The notes beneath the pieces were generated by a model. It had not been told where the DNA came from. It saw only the letters and a list, made by a program, of their open reading frames with translations, and made no database searches. A program made the translations under genes and the position numbers. Below are positions 50,135 through 64,000 of a stretch of 64,000 bases of DNA, piece after piece. The DNA is taken from the NCBI GenBank assembly GCA_963514005.1, contig OY740813.1, forward strand, positions 9,858,001 to 9,922,000. Direction: 5' to 3'. How positions within the stretch are numbered: the stretch's first letter is position 1; every line of letters begins with the position of its first letter. Source of the stretch: Raja brachyura (lineage: Eukaryota).

Positions 50135-52737
50135 CTGCAAAAACGCAAAAAGATGCAAGGAGACTTGTGAAAATTGAACAGTCTAGGAGTGACGGAAGAG
50201 ATAAATATGATGCGTCTCCTTCCCCCATCCCAGCAAAAATTGTGGACAAATGGTTATGACCAGCATAATAAACGGGCAAGAGGAAAGAAGAATGAGAGAA
50301 CAAGTGGTACTTTGGTCTTATCTAAAAGGCAGCATCTCTGACAGTGCAGCAGTCCTTCTGGCCCACTGGGAGTGTCAGTCTGGATTACGTCTTGAAGTGA
50401 AACAAATACTTAGAACTGAGTCCTTTAGACTTGGTACATGAGAGTGTAAGGCATGGTAAAATTATTCTTGATATTTAGGGTGGGGGATTACAAAGAGTAT
50501 GGTTTATTGTAAGTCTTAATTTCAGTTCAAAAACAAAACTGGAAGGGGAACATTCAGTTCAGGATTGATATCAGCGAAGAAGGATCTCAACCCGAAACGT
50601 CACCCAATCCTTCACTCCAGAGATGCTGCCTGTCCTTCTGAGTTACTCCAGTATTTGGTGTCTATCCCCACAGCTTAATACTGTGAACAAGGTCTGGATC
50701 AGGATACAGAGGCAAAAATCTATCCATTGTTTCAGAAACTACTGAGACTGCAGTATGATGGGAGGGAATTGCTGGTTTACAAAGACTGAGCTGAAGAATC
50801 ATGCATCTATCCGTAACTTCAAATGCAGCAAAGATCTCAAACCCTCTTACAGCTAAGAACAAATGTACAGAAGTCACTGTGTGTAAAAGAAGATAATTCC
50901 CCATGGATTTTCCTTCACACTTCCACCACAAATTTGATAAACTAATCTTTTAGTCTGCCTTAAACCAGCTGCTGCTTTGAAGTGGAAGGAAAGTGTGGAA
51001 GTGCTGGATTTGCTCAGTCAATGCATGATGTCCTGTAAAGCCATGGTTGCAACTTGAGGCTTAGGCTTGATTCTGCAGTGAGATAATGATACAAATTTAA
51101 AGGCTGTGGGCTGAACTACACGTGTTGAAAGCAAAAGCAAAATAAATGGATTTCACCAAAATTGCTTTCCATTTTATGTCCTATGAAGCAGGGAAATGTT
51201 GGAGAATGGAAAATCCTTTTCTTCCCCTGTATGATTTATTTGAGGGGAGAATCAAACCTATTGGTGCCAATGCCCTTTAAGCTATCCTTTGAGCCTACTA
51301 CCCTGAAAATGTAGCAAGCATCCCGTTCCTTGAGCATGTTACACAGCTTATAATTCTACACAAAGGAAATACATTGTTATTCTGCACCCTTATGTGTTAC
51401 CATGAACTCCCAACATTGGTTGCCAGACTTGTCACTCCATTAACGACACTAACTGGCCCTATTAATGAAGGATGAATGACTTAATTTATTCAGATATTTA
51501 TATATATTTTTATATTCTATACTTAAAAAAGCCATTGCATTAAAGTGGTTAGTAAGCTCTTATTGGTTTTAATGGCAGTGGAGCTGGAATTTTTTTATTT
51601 TTTTCTCTCTACCTATGGTTTTCTAATATCAAAGTAGCAGGATATTTCCCAAATTTACTGTAATATAACCTTTTAGGGAAGGCCAGACAAGCTAGTGGAA
51701 TCATAAATGTATGAATAGCAACACTGGAGGATCGCCGTAGGCAACTGTTGAACTGTAACTTTACTTTGTGTAGCAATTTAGCTACCAAAGTTGATATTTG
51801 GTGGTATTATGAACTTTTGTCGGGGAGAGTTGTAGCAAGTTATATTAGTTGGATACTAATATATTTAATCATATACTCCATGTTTTTTTGAGCTAGTTTT
51901 CCAGGAAAAAAAACTGCAGTAATCAAAGCCAGAAAGGGTAGGATGGGCTGAAGCCCAGTGTTTGGACGTTGGAATGGGTTTTTTTTTATTCTAATGGAAT
52001 GATTTTCCAACTCCAGTGGTAATTAAATTTTTCTTTCACTCCTAGTTTTCTTTACATATATATTTTTAAGAAGTTTAAAAAGTTGAATAAAATAAACGCT
52101 TAAGAAATGAGATGATGTTTTTTTGCTCATGTGACAAAATAAATTATATATAAAATGATACACAGGGGAGAATAAGACGTAAGTTACCAAAAAACTTTAG
52201 TCGAAGGTGAATGACATTTTGTGATAAAGACTCAAGGGTGAATGACACTGAAATAGTTTAAGAAGCGCTGCTCCAGAGTATAGGATCTGGGCATCAATTT
52301 GAGGACAATTGGAGATAATGCACAAAACGAATGCAGTGGTGCAGGGTTTCACTGTGGCTCACACTGGTGTGTGTGTGTGTGTTTTTTTAAGGGATTGCTG
52401 GATAAACCAAGAACAGGCTCACAGGAGAATCTGTACATGAATGACTGCTTTCAACTGAATGCTGCAAATAGAATCTTTAATGAAGCAGCCTGAGCTCATG
52501 TAATATGATGGGTAAACCTGGGGAATTCAAACTACTTTAGAACTTTAAGTGCTTTACTCAAAAAAATCTCTCAAAATAAAAATGGTCTGCTCAGAACAAT
52601 TTGGGTTCACATGGTGAAGCAAGGGTTGATTAACAAAATTGTACCTTTGATTCATGACATAAATTGAAAAATATCCCTAGTGCATACACTGGAATTTAAA
52701 TATGATTGTTTTTGAAAGAACATATTACAATGGTAAT

Positions 52738-52791
52738 CATCACACACACACACACACAGACACAGACACACACACACACACACGCACACAC
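52738..52791 (+). repeat. (CA)n imperfect microsatellite
   Basis: CA repeat with occasional GA/CG interruptions. Confidence 0.9.
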
Positions 52792-53599
52792 ATATCCTCT
52801 CCTGCACACTCGCACCCACTCTCTGATTTTATAGGGTTTCTCCCCATGACAATCTGTGCATGTTGCTTCTCCCAAAAATATACACCTGCAAGTCATAGAA
52901 ATCAAAAGAAGGCAAGTTTTCGCGGAGGCATTGGCTGCATGCGAAAGTTGGATTTTATAAAAGAGCAAAAGGAAAGGAATCCACTGGGTTTAATTTTGGT
53001 GCTGAGGAATATTGATCAAAGTCCCACCGATAACAAATAAAACCACTCTTCCACCAATAAAACGACCTTCCTTTGAAATTCAAGCAAATAATAGAACAGA
53101 GATTCATATCTACTAAAGTGAAAGAGAAATGCCACAAATAAGATGAAAGATTGGGATCAAAGTCACAACAGAAATATCACTATGCCGAAGATAGACACAA
53201 AATGCTGGAGTAACTCAGCGGGACAGGCAGCATTTATGGAGAGAAGGAAAGTGTGACGTTTCGGGTCAAGACCCTTCTGCAGAATCTACAGCCTCTTCAG
53301 TCGCTTCAGTATTTTGATAGCAATTGGTTGGAGAATGTTAATCCATGAAGTCAAAAGAAATGGACACCAACTCAACGCTGTCTGATAGTTGCAACAGACA
53401 GACAGACAGACAGACATGATGTATTGCTCTACATCATGACACCCCAAGCATTATGTATGGAGCAGACAGTGAGATGTTTCAGAACATGGAAGATCTGGCA
53501 GGCCTAATTGCATTTACTTTAATGCAAGAAGCCCTACAGATAAATCAGATGGGCTTATAGTGAGGATTATAGTTACAATCACAGTAGCTCCCTTGCACA

Positions 53600-54462
53600 G
53601 TTTGATCGTAAGTACTTGGAATGATACAAAAAGTGGTAGTGATGCAAGTAGCGAGGAATGTTGTCTCAGGCTCCAACAAATTATAGATCAGGTGGAAAAT
53701 TGGGCATTGTGTTGGCTGATGGAATTTAATCCTGACAAATGTGAGGTGATTGATTTTGATTTTGACATTAAATAGGGGTAGGCCATGTGCAGTAAATGTT
53801 AGGACACTAAGAATGCTGACAAACGGAGGGCTTCCAATCCATGGATCCCTGAAAGTGGCAACACAAGTAGATAGGATGAAGAAGTCACTTGACATACTTG
53901 CCTTCATAGTTGGGGCATAGAATATGAAAGTTGGGAGGTTATGTTTCAACTTTACAAAACATTGATGAGACAAGTATTGTGTGCAGTTCTGGTTGGCGTA
54001 TTATAGTAAGAATGTGGTTGTATTGGGGAGCCGATGATATACACTGGGATGTTGCTTGAAACATAGGACTTTATTTATAGAGAGAGATTGGATTGGCTGG
54101 GCTTTTTTTTTTCTCTCTCTCTCTCTCTCTCGTGAACAAGCGTGAGGAGTGATCTGATGAAGATAGATACAATTACAAGAGACATAGGTAAGGTAGACAA
54201 TCAGCATCCTTTTCCCACAAAGGATTTGAGGGGAAAGTTTATTTTACACAGAGAATGGTTGACACCTGGAACTCACTCCAGGTGGTGGAGTCAGACACAA
54301 TCATGTTTAAGAGACATTTGGACAGGGTAAGGCATGGAAAGATACAGATCTAATGCAGGCAAGTGGGATAGTGTAAGGCAAAAAGATTGGCATGGACATG
54401 GTGGGCTGAAAGGCACATTAATCATCAATAGTCAATTTTATGTGCTGTATGACTCTACAACT
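53600..54462 (+). mobile_element. Degraded CR1 LINE 3' fragment
   Basis: LRLQQIIDQVENWALCWLMEFNPDKCEVI..., YCVQFW, CR1-like 3'UTR. Confidence 0.75.
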
Positions 54463-55788
54463 CTAATTTTAAATCATGTGTCTATTACTATGCAGGCATC
54501 AAATAATATTAAAACAAGCAGGATGGGATTTTCAAGGGATGACCTGGTAATGGTCTTTAAAGTTAGGAAACTTTTAAATCGATAAGGCCAACATTAATTG
54601 GACACCTGAAATAAATGACTTAGAGCAGTGAAGAATCACTGGAGTTTTAAGTTACATCCAGGCCAGATTGTGTAAAGGTGTATATTTTCAAGTCGGTGGA
54701 TTTGCTTCCTGAAAGGAATCAGAAGGATTCAAAACAATATTCTGGTGGCATTAGGCTACTGTTACAGACACAAGCTTTTTTATTCCAAATTCACCAAATT
54801 TAAATGTGGTATGATTTGAACATCAGCAGTCCATGCTTCTTGAAATTTGGTATAATAACAACCAATATTGTGATTTATCCCTTGATATGAAGTAACGTGA
54901 TGAATAGAAGTAACAAAGATGTTCTTTGGCGGAGGCTAAAGGTAAAGGCATACAGCACAGAACCAGATAAATTAGTTTATCAATAATATATTTATTTGAA
55001 GGTCAGGATGGAATCTGTCTATCAGAAGAAATGGCTAAAGGGAACACTATGAATCTATTTAATAATAGGCTTCACAAGTGTGTGAAGGAGAAAGGTATGG
55101 AGGACATTTTGAGAAGTACGGTGCTTGAAAGAGGTTCATTTCAAGAATTAGCACCAGCATAGACCAGATGACCTGTTTGTTAGTTGTGAATTCTATATGA
55201 TATTTCAAGAGCTGTTTCCAATAGATTTCATTGCTCTCAATTAAACCAGATCCAGGCCAACAAAGGACAAAACCAGAGAATAACAATCAGCATATCAATC
55301 AAAATAGAACCAAATTGTCTGGACTTAGTGAATCAGTTGCTGAAATCAGTGGACAGGTTTAGATGACAGGATCATAGAGCCTAAAATAATGTGGAAAATA
55401 ACTGGCCCAAGGATGAAAACATTTTAAAAAGTGATTATCTAATTTTGTTCTGTGAGCATATAATCAGATTGAGACTGGGAAAATAAAATGGAAGGCAATG
55501 AAGATGGAGAACTGAATAAAATATGGAGAATGAAAGGAGTGAGAAGTAGAGAAAGGAATGCAATTTTGAAGAGAGAATGAAATAGATCAGGAAATATAAT
55601 TGAATGGATTCATAGATAGTATGGACGAGTTTAGGAGTTAAAATGGAATGGATTATCGGTACGATTAAATGGATGGGGAGCTAAAATGAAATAAGATTAC
55701 AACATAAAATTGAGTTGGATTTGGGCTTTGGGAGATAAAATGGAATTTCACGAAGAAAGCATTTTTCAGGTGGAGATTGACTACTTAC

Positions 55789-55925
55789 TGTCCAGCCTCC
55801 TCCAGCCACAGTCATGTCACATGAGACCTGAAATCCTCCAGGGTAATGGGTAGGAAAAACAGAATAGATTCCATCCTTTTTGTAACCCCTCAAGAAGATG
55901 TCATAGCAGTCTTTGGGGCGAGGGT
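55789..55925 (-). CDS. FIBCD1: FIBCD1 internal exon (start of fibrinogen C domain)
   Basis: CCTTGCAG|AC CCT..., DPRPKDCYDIFLRGYKKDGIYSVFPTHYPGGFQVSCDMTVAGGGWT|GTAAGT; 137 nt, phase 1-0. Confidence 0.95.
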
Positions 55926-55984
55926 CTGCAAGGAATTTCCAAAATAGAAAGAGAGTGTATTACTGTTAATCTACATAACAACTG

Positions 55985-56855
55985 CAGTCATACAGCACAG
56001 AACCAGATCCTTCTGCCCGTATTGTCCATGCCCACTATTCAGTACCAACCTGCGCTAATCCCATTTACCAACACTTGATTTGTAACTTTCCACCCTTGCC
56101 AATTCAAGTGGTCATCGAGATACTTAATTAATATTGTGAGAGTCCTTCCCTACTTGACCCAGTTAGGCAGAGTGGTCTAATTACAGTCACCTCAGATCCC
56201 TTCCAAACTCTTACAACTTACCCTAAACGTATGCCTTCTATTTTTAAATATCTCTGAAATGAGGAATATTTCCTATTATCTATCATCTACCCTGTCTGCT
56301 TCCCTCATAATTCTGTATAACTCTGACAGGTCCCACATCAGCCTTCTTTATTCCAAGGAAAATAAACCTAGTCAATCTAGTTTCTTCTCTTATCTGAAAT
56401 GCTCCATACCCCCAACATCCTGGTAAATCTCCTCTGTATCCTCATGTCCTTCCTATAACATGGCGACCAGAACTGTACACGGAACTCCATTTGTGGCCTA
56501 ACCAGTGCTTTATAAACCAGCTCCATAACCTCCCTGCAGTTAGATTCTATGATCCAACTAATGAAGACAAGTATCCCTTGTGCTTTCTTCACCCTCTTAT
56601 ATTAAAAAAAAAAAAAAATTTTAATTGATAGGTGCAGGAGGAGGCCATTCAGCCCTTTGAGCCAGCACCGCCATTCGTTGTGATCATGGCTGATCGTCCG
56701 CTATCAATAACCCGTGCCTGCCTTCTCCCCATATCCCTTGACTTCACTAGCCCCTAGAGCTCTATCCAACTTATCTATCCATGCTGCACCTTCAGGGATC
56801 CTTAGGATTACACACTGAGGTCCCTCCATTTCTCAGTGATCCCTAGAGTCCTACT
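55985..56855 (-). mobile_element. CR1 LINE 3' fragment with a younger LINE tail nested at 56603-56768
   Basis: ORF 56377-56592 REVMELVYKALVRPQMEFRVQFWSPCYRKD...IQRRFTRML. Confidence 0.8.
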
Positions 56856-58809
56856 ATTTATAAAATTTATAAAAGTGAAGAACTGAAAGAAGGAACATTG
56901 ATTTATGAAGCATTTTTCAAAACACTAGGATATCCAGAGATATTACTATTATAATGTAAGAAACATGGCAGACATTCTGCAGCACAAACAGCAATCAAAA
57001 TAATCCATTTCAATAATGGAGTTTATAGAATATTACAAGATATTAAAAGCATAGAAACTGCTATTGTAGGCATTTATGCTTCACTCAAGCTTCCCCCTAC
57101 CCCTCTTTATCTAATCCCGTCAATATAATCTATATTTTCTCCTTGTGCTTCCCTTTAATTGAATCTGTAGTACTTGCATAAAGTAGTCCTTAAGCTACCA
57201 GGTTCTACATTCACCTTATTCTTTAGAGAAAATTCCTTGTGAATTCCCCATAGTATTATTTTGTATCTTGTGGACTCTAGTCAGGTACAGCTTGCAACTA
57301 AACATTCTCTTTATATCTATCTTGTTAAATCTATTCATAATCTTAAATTCCCAACAGTCTTTTATCCAGAGAAAAGTGAACCAGCTATATTTTTTAATAA
57401 GCACGTTATTTCAGTTCTGATATAATTCTCCTATTTTTAATCCGTCTCCTGTGCCCTCTTATTATTTTTATAATATGGATACCAGAACTGTTCCCAATAT
57501 ACCAAGTATAGCCTCATCAAGGTACTAAATAACTTCTCTAATTTTCAAATATATTTCTCTTGAAGTAAATTCCAATGTGTCTTTTTTAAGTGGCCACATT
57601 TACCAACTTTTAGTGATCACTATGTATCCCCATGTCATTCTGTATTTTAATCCATTCCAATGTTAATTTTCAAACAAGACATGGCTTCCAGAATGTTTGA
57701 CTACACTTTGTGTTATATTGAAGTTATTTTCTCAGTTCTGCACATTTATCATCTTCATGTATTTGTCTCCGTTTTCCTCTGTATTAACTACACCTCTCTA
57801 AATTTCTGAAAATTGGCAACATCCTGAATCACAATTAATTTTAAATAGTGACCAACAAAGATCCGAGCAACAAATCTCCCAATAGACCACTTTGAGCCAG
57901 TTTGATATCCATTCAGATTCTCATTCCCTAATTCTACATGTCTGAACTTACTCAGGTCAAGGTATAAGTGTTTTGCAGCATATATATTCTACTGCACCTT
58001 TTTGAAACAAAGGGAGAAAGGCTTTTTAGATCCCTTCAACACAACAGAAGGGTTTTTCTATCAGTGTTCATAGGAACCTTGACACTGCAACATTCCTCCT
58101 GTAATGTTTTGGGAGTGTCAGTCTAGATTTGTGCATTTAGGTCTCTGAATGGGACTCAACCCACTACTCACTGACAGAGGAAATCAGCTCTACACCCCAC
58201 CAGCCACCTCCTCACCCCTCTTAAGCCATCCAGAAGTCGTAGATTTAAGCAACATGGAAACAGGCCCTTTGGCCCAATCCATCCATGCCAACCGGAATGT
58301 CTAAGCAGTCCCATTTGGTTGAATTTGGTTCATATCCCCATAATCCTATACAAAGTGCGATTGCCTTTTAAACACCGTATTTGTACACACCATTACCACT
58401 TCCTCTGGCAGCTTGTTTAACATACCCATCACCTTCTGTGTGAAAAACTTGCCCTTCAAGGCCTCTTTACATTTTTTTCCATCTCATCTTAAATATATGA
58501 TCTCTAATTTCTGACTCCCCCACTCTGAGGGAAAAAACCGTGACCATTCACCTTATCTACGCTCCTCATGATTTTATGTATGTCTTTCAGGTCAAGCCCT
58601 CAAATTCCTTTGCTCCAGGGAAAAAAAGGCCCACCCTATCCATTGATAGGATTGAGGTACAGAGGGATCTTGGGGTCCAAGTCCATAACTCTCTGAAAGT
58701 GGCAACACAAGAAGATAAAGCAGAAAATAAGGCATATGGTTGTGAATCTTACCAGCTTAATGACATCTTCCCTGTACCTCAGCGACTACAACTGCACACA
58801 ATACTCCAA

Positions 58810-59340
58810 GTGCGACATGTCTCCAACAACTTTTATCAATTTCTACGAATGCACCATAGAAACCATCCTATCCAGATGCATCAGAACTTGGTATGACAAT
58901 TGTTCTGCCCAAGACAGCAAGAAATTGCAGAGTTCTGACTGCAGCTCAGTCCATCATGCAAACCAGCCTCCCTCCTGATCGACTGCATCCACACTCCATC
59001 TGCCTCGGGATAACAGCCAACATAATCAAGGACTACTTACACTCAGATCATTCTCTCGTCTCTCCTCTCCCATCAGGCTGAAGATACGGAAGACTGAAAG
59101 CGCATACCACCTTCCAAAGGAAGGAAGAGGATGAATTCCCAATCTTCCAATCTACCTGGTTGTGGTCCTTTTTTATCTGCACATTATCTGTAGCTTTAAC
59201 ATTGTGCATTCTGTTTATTTTCTCTTTTGCACCACCTGATATATTCATGAATGGAACGATTTGGTTGGATAGCACACAAAACAGTTTCACATGGTATCTT
59301 GACGTACTTGATGCATACAATAAACGGATACCAATACCAG
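58810..59340 (+). mobile_element. Rex1/Babar LINE 3' fragment
   Basis: MSPTTFINFYECTIETILSRCIRTWYDNCSAQDSKKLQ...NIIKDYLHSDHSLVSPLPSG. Confidence 0.8.
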
Positions 59341-60889
59341 TGATGTGTTCAGTTGTAGTATAACTTCTCAACTCTTGTACTCCATGCCCTGACCAAAGAA
59401 GACAAGCATGCCAAAGCCTTCATCACCTGTACCTGTGTGCGTTAAATCACTTTGAGTGGAATTAATCCGTCTCGATTAATATCAAAGCAGTTAATAATCT
59501 TAATGAACTGCTTTGTAATACATGGAGACAGATGGTAAGATGGCACCAGATTTTGGCTTTATATACAGATTCTGAAACACTTTTTGCTTAAAATATATTT
59601 CTGCAATTATCACCTTTAAATGGGGAATACACCTGCTTCTTACAAATCAAACACCCATGCTGCACTGCATAAATATATAATGTCTGTACTGTAAATACTT
59701 TATGGTGATTTAAAATCCTGTGGGCCATCAAAGAACTAAACGAAAATATTCCTAATCCGACTTGTTTTAACCTCATGCTTAACTACTTTGCCGTGTATAA
59801 CAGAAAGGGGCGATATAGTTCTTCAAGTCTATACTGGCTCCCGGGGGAGCAATCCCATTAATCCCATTCTCCCTCTCCTTATTTATCTTTACTCATGAAA
59901 TTGAAATTCTTTCATACATGCTCATCATCCGATTTTTTTTTCACATAGATCAAACTAGAGTTCCTGGAGCTGTGAAGCAGCATTGACTACTACGCTGTCA
60001 TGTCCTCTATTGTAATGCTTTCTTGATCAGCTTCTTATTTATAATCCTCTCCAGACTTAAGCTCATCCAAATCTCTGCTTTCCTAACTCACACCATTTCA
60101 TCTTCTCTCATCAACTCTGAGTATGTTGACTGAGTATATTGGCTCCTTGTTGAGAATTGCTGTGAATTTAAAATTGTCCTCAAACCGCTTCTTAGCTTCA
60201 TCTCTGTCTTTCTCCGTAACCTCTTCTTCCAACCCTACAATTTGCTGAGATCTCTGTGGTCCTGCAATCCTGACCATTTTGGGTCTTCATTCTTACCTTC
60301 GTTTTCAGATGGCCAGATCCTAAGCTCTGAAATGTCCCCCCAAAATCTTTGTATTCCTGAATAACTACCTTTTTGACCCCAAAATTGGATCATTTGTCTT
60401 AAATGACTCATGAGCCACCTTGTCAACTTTGTTTCATTTTGTTTATTTGACCCACATTGAGACATTTTTATTATACTCAGTGTGGTCAATATATATTCAA
60501 ATATTGTATTACTTATCTCGGGTTGATGGACATAGACGATGGTGTGAGTGTGAGATCAAAACATTCCAGTGAATTTGTCACACAATTTCTCTTTTGCACA
60601 TCCACACATACTCTGTCAGTCCACTTATCATTTTCCAAGCACTCTGTTACCACTTCCTTAATAATAGATCACAATATATTCCCTGCTGTTGATGTTAGAC
60701 TAACTAATCAAAAGATCATTTTTTTCTCACTGTTCTTAAATTGCGACGATACATTTTATATATTCCATATATATTTGAAAAGTTTCCACATGTTTATTAA
60801 ACAGTATTGGAGTTTGTGGCATTTGGACGTTTTATGTTGGCAAGAATTGAGGATTGATTAATCGAGAGAAATCAAAACATATAAATACA

Positions 60890-61650
60890 GGTCATTTTTG
60901 GGTTGTGAAGCTGAATCCAACAGAGTGCTGCAGGGATCAGTGTTGGAGCCCCGTCGGTTCACAATCTTTATCATTGATATGGATAAGCGTATCAAGTGTA
61001 CTGAACCCAAGTTTGGTTATGATATAAAACTAGTTAACAGTAGGCTCTGTGAGGATGCAAAGAGGCTTCAGGGAATATAGACAGACTAAGTGAATGGGCA
61101 AGCACACAGCAGGTAGAAAATAACATGAAAGTACATACGTCACCCACTCTGGTAGAAAAGGTTATTTTTAAATGTTGAGGGAATGACAGGATCAGAGGGC
61201 AGGTGATCTTGTGCACGTATCTCTGGGTCAGATTGATTGCTTGAATGATGGGTTTGTCATAAGAGGAGATAAAAATCTAACTGAGCCAATGCTCTTTGTA
61301 GTTCAGACGAATGCGTGATGAACTCGCTGAAATGTTCAGAGTTTTTTAATGGTTTGATGAAGGAGTGTGTAATTGATGCTTCTCCTTCCCTAGGTGCCTC
61401 GATACAGGGGCCACAGTTTCAAAATAAGAAATTAACTGTTCAGGAGATTAATTTTTGTAATTCGCAATCCATACAGAATGTGGAAACTCATCACTAACTA
61501 TATTCAAGATGAAGATCAAACGTTTTTGGACATTAGGGGAATCAAGGAATGTTGGGATCATCTAGGAATGATGTAAAAGATCTGGTATAATTTTATTGAA
61601 CGGTGAAGCAAGAATGAGGGGGCTGAATGGCCCACTACTTTTTTCATGTC
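60890..61650 (+). mobile_element. Old CR1 RT fragment
   Basis: VLQGSVLEPRRFTIFIIDMD...KFGYDIKL...CEDAKRLQG. Confidence 0.65.
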
Positions 61651-61839
61651 ATAGGCTGATAATTGTTGTGACACTAATGATACTGGGGAAAAGATGTACT
61701 CTCTTGTATATGTAAATATTCAACAGATAACAAGACACCTATCAGAAGGATTTAAAAGACCCTATGGCAGTATTTTAATGACTAGCTCTTCTCAAACTCA
61801 TGATTAATATTTTTTGCTCAATCAATTTTATTAAAATAC

Positions 61840-62620
61840 TTCACAAACGCCTGCACTCTGTCAATCAAGGCCAACTAGCGTTCCTGGTTGCTAACTACTT
61901 TAATTCCCCCTCTCTTTCCCATACTGACATATCTGTCCCTGGCCTCCTTCAATGCAAGAGTCTACAGGCAAACTGGAAGAATAATGCCTCATATTCTAAT
62001 TGCATCAACATTCTCCCACACATACACACACACATGCACTCTCCTCATCTACCCAGATTCCCAACCAACATTGCACATAATGTTCGTTCCACTTCCCCCA
62101 CCTCCATCACCCAGATCCCTTTCCCTCCTCCATCTGCTCATCACCCACCCCTCATACTCCAGTGTCCCACTCTTGCTCCCATTCCCCTCTCTCTCTCTGC
62201 ATTTTACTGCCCCACCTTCCATATCAGATTCTACCATTTGCACCCTTTTGTCCTCCACTGGAGGAAATGAATGGGTCAGGCACCAGCCGAGGACATGGAC
62301 AGATGATGTTTCAAGTTGGGAACCTTCTTCAGACTGACGGAGTAGAGTGGAGGTAGCTGTGAGGGGAAGGGGTTGTCCCAGAGCCTCGATTACCATCTCT
62401 ACCCTTCTCTGACTCATTTGTCAATCACCTCCCCTTACTTGGATCCACCTATTACTTGCCACCTCTTGGTCCACCCTTTCTCTTCACCTGTTTATGGCAG
62501 CTATCTCCCCACTATTCCATCACTCTGAAGAAGAGTCCCGACCTGAAACGTCATCCGTCCATTCCCCTCTACTGATGCTGCCTGACCAGGTAATTTCCAT
62601 CCGCAGTTTGTCTTTTATCT
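61840..62620. mobile_element. Penelope-like element with inverted terminal units
   Basis: FNSPSLSHTDISVPGLLQC is GIY-YIG-like. Hammerhead-like motif on the minus strand at 62303-62337 and on the plus strand at 62525-62552. Confidence 0.7.
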
Positions 62621-62959
62621 CATTAATACAGTTATTTGGTTATCAGCACATTGTTGTTTGTGGTGCTGGGTTTGTGGTGCTATGTTTCCTGCTGGGTATA
62701 ATTTGCATGCTACATATTTTCTACATGCAATAATGACGACAATGCTTCTGGAGTAAAGTGCTTTGGGATATCCTTAGGTTAATAAAGAATCAATGTAAAT
62801 ACAATTATTATCTTAATTTCTTAATCCCTTTCTCTCCTTCTGAATTGGAGAAACATGGGTTGGATGAGTTGCACGAAAGTGTGGCAGAATGATTGCCAGA
62901 TGGGGCTGGATGAGCAAGGTGTTGGGGAAAGCAATGATGTGAGTGCCAATCACACTTAC

Positions 62960-63116
62960 CATTTGGGCAATGCTTGGGCCGATGTCTAGTTGGTCCTTTC
63001 ACCAGATTTGCCTTCACATGGGGCTTTAAGGCTCCTTGTTCTCTCTGGAGAGAATCCAGTGCATCTGTCATCGAACCGATGACGTTAACCAAGTTTATTT
63101 GACTCTCTGAGAGCAG
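62960..63116 (-). CDS. FIBCD1: FIBCD1 internal exon (coiled-coil/polycationic stalk)
   Basis: TTCCCCATAG|LLSESQINLVNVIGSMTDALDSLQREQGALKPHVKANLVKGPTRHRPKHCPN G|GTAAGT; cf. human LLSESQGHMAHLVNSVSDILDALQRDRG. Earlier exons (TM domain) lie beyond the window. Confidence 0.9.
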
Positions 63117-63519
63117 CTATGGGGAAGAGAAACGGTATAATAGGAAGATTTAGGTGTTGTCAACTCTTGTTGGCCTTATTCCTAGAGGAGTCATATACCT
63201 TGCCTGTAATATCACACCTCACTCTCTGAACATAAAATGTCCAACATGCCCTATTTTCTAACACTAATCAGAGAACCCAGCAGACCTTTCATTACTCTCT
63301 CCATCCGCCCCGATCTCCTTTTTTGTTTAATTAATAGCTTTTGCAGTGCAGGATCTGGCAGAAATTATTTTAAATCCATAAGTACTCCTAGCTACCTGAG
63401 GTCCCAGGATATTAGTACAGCTGTTCCCCTAAAGCCGACTGTCCATTGCTGCATTGTTAATGATAATGTTAAATTATATTTTACCTCCTTAGAAGATAAA
63501 TAAGCCCACTATGGATAGC

Positions 63520-63960
63520 CCAAGGGAACCACTAAATGGAAGTCTAACTGGAACAACCATATAAATCATAAGGTTATTAGAGCAGGTTGGGTGCTAGGCA
63601 TCCTGCGTTATGTCACTTATGAATAGCCAGTGTCTTCCTACCATCTAAAGACAGGAATCAAGAATGTAATGTACCAATGTCTACTTGCCAGGGTGACTGT
63701 AGCAGCCATAACACTCATGAAGCTCTAAGCTATTCAGGACAGAGCAGCCTCTTGATCAGTCCCTAAAGATTAGCTCTTGTCACCATCAGCATACCATGCG
63801 TATGCACCACACTCCAGCCAAAAATGCAATGTAGAAAATTGCCACTTTTCTTTACAATAAATCTTGCGTACCTCTGAAGGTCATCACCTGGAAGCACGAG
63901 GGTAGCAATCAGATGGAAGAGCCATCATCTCCAAGTGTCCCTTCAAGTCCCACCATTATA
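63520..63960 (+). mobile_element. Degraded LINE RT C-terminal fragment
   Basis: KSNWNNHINHKVIRAGWVLGILR, cf. WTSHINTVATRAGQRLGILR. Confidence 0.5.
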
Positions 63961-64000
63961 ATGTGGAATTTTAATGCCATTTATTTACCATAATTGGATC

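Noticed and set aside
41838-63116. Alternative identity as MFAP4, ficolin or angiopoietin-like
   Set aside because: The stalk exon LLSESQ..., PTHYP, GLFSVDP and [12 protein letters not shown] motifs, plus linkage to ABL1, indicate FIBCD1.

Overview
AT-rich, repeat-dense vertebrate DNA. The repeat families (Penelope, CR1, Deu-domain/SacSINE1-like and HE1-like SINEs, Rex1, Helitrons) point to a cartilaginous fish, probably a skate or ray (inference). Two genes are recognisable, both on the minus strand. FIBCD1 has its last five coding exons at 63116 down to 41838, with canonical phase-consistent splice sites. ABL1 has its myristoylated exon 1b ([14 protein letters not shown]..., 27782-27650; missed by the ORF track) and a CpG/GC promoter near 28.2-28.45 kb, so 1-27649 is ABL1 intron 1. 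FIBCD1 lies upstream of and in tandem with ABL1, unlike the convergent ABL1-QRFP-FIBCD1 order in human. The intergenic interval holds a Tigger/pogo transposase fossil and a candidate unidentified multi-exon pseudogene. Other notable items: an L1 insertion with a twin-priming 5' inversion and 14-bp TSD, many Penelope-borne minimal hammerhead-ribozyme motifs, three Helitron copies, and an overlapping uORF plus a probable 5'UTR intron in ABL1. All calls were made by eye; repeat boundaries are approximate.
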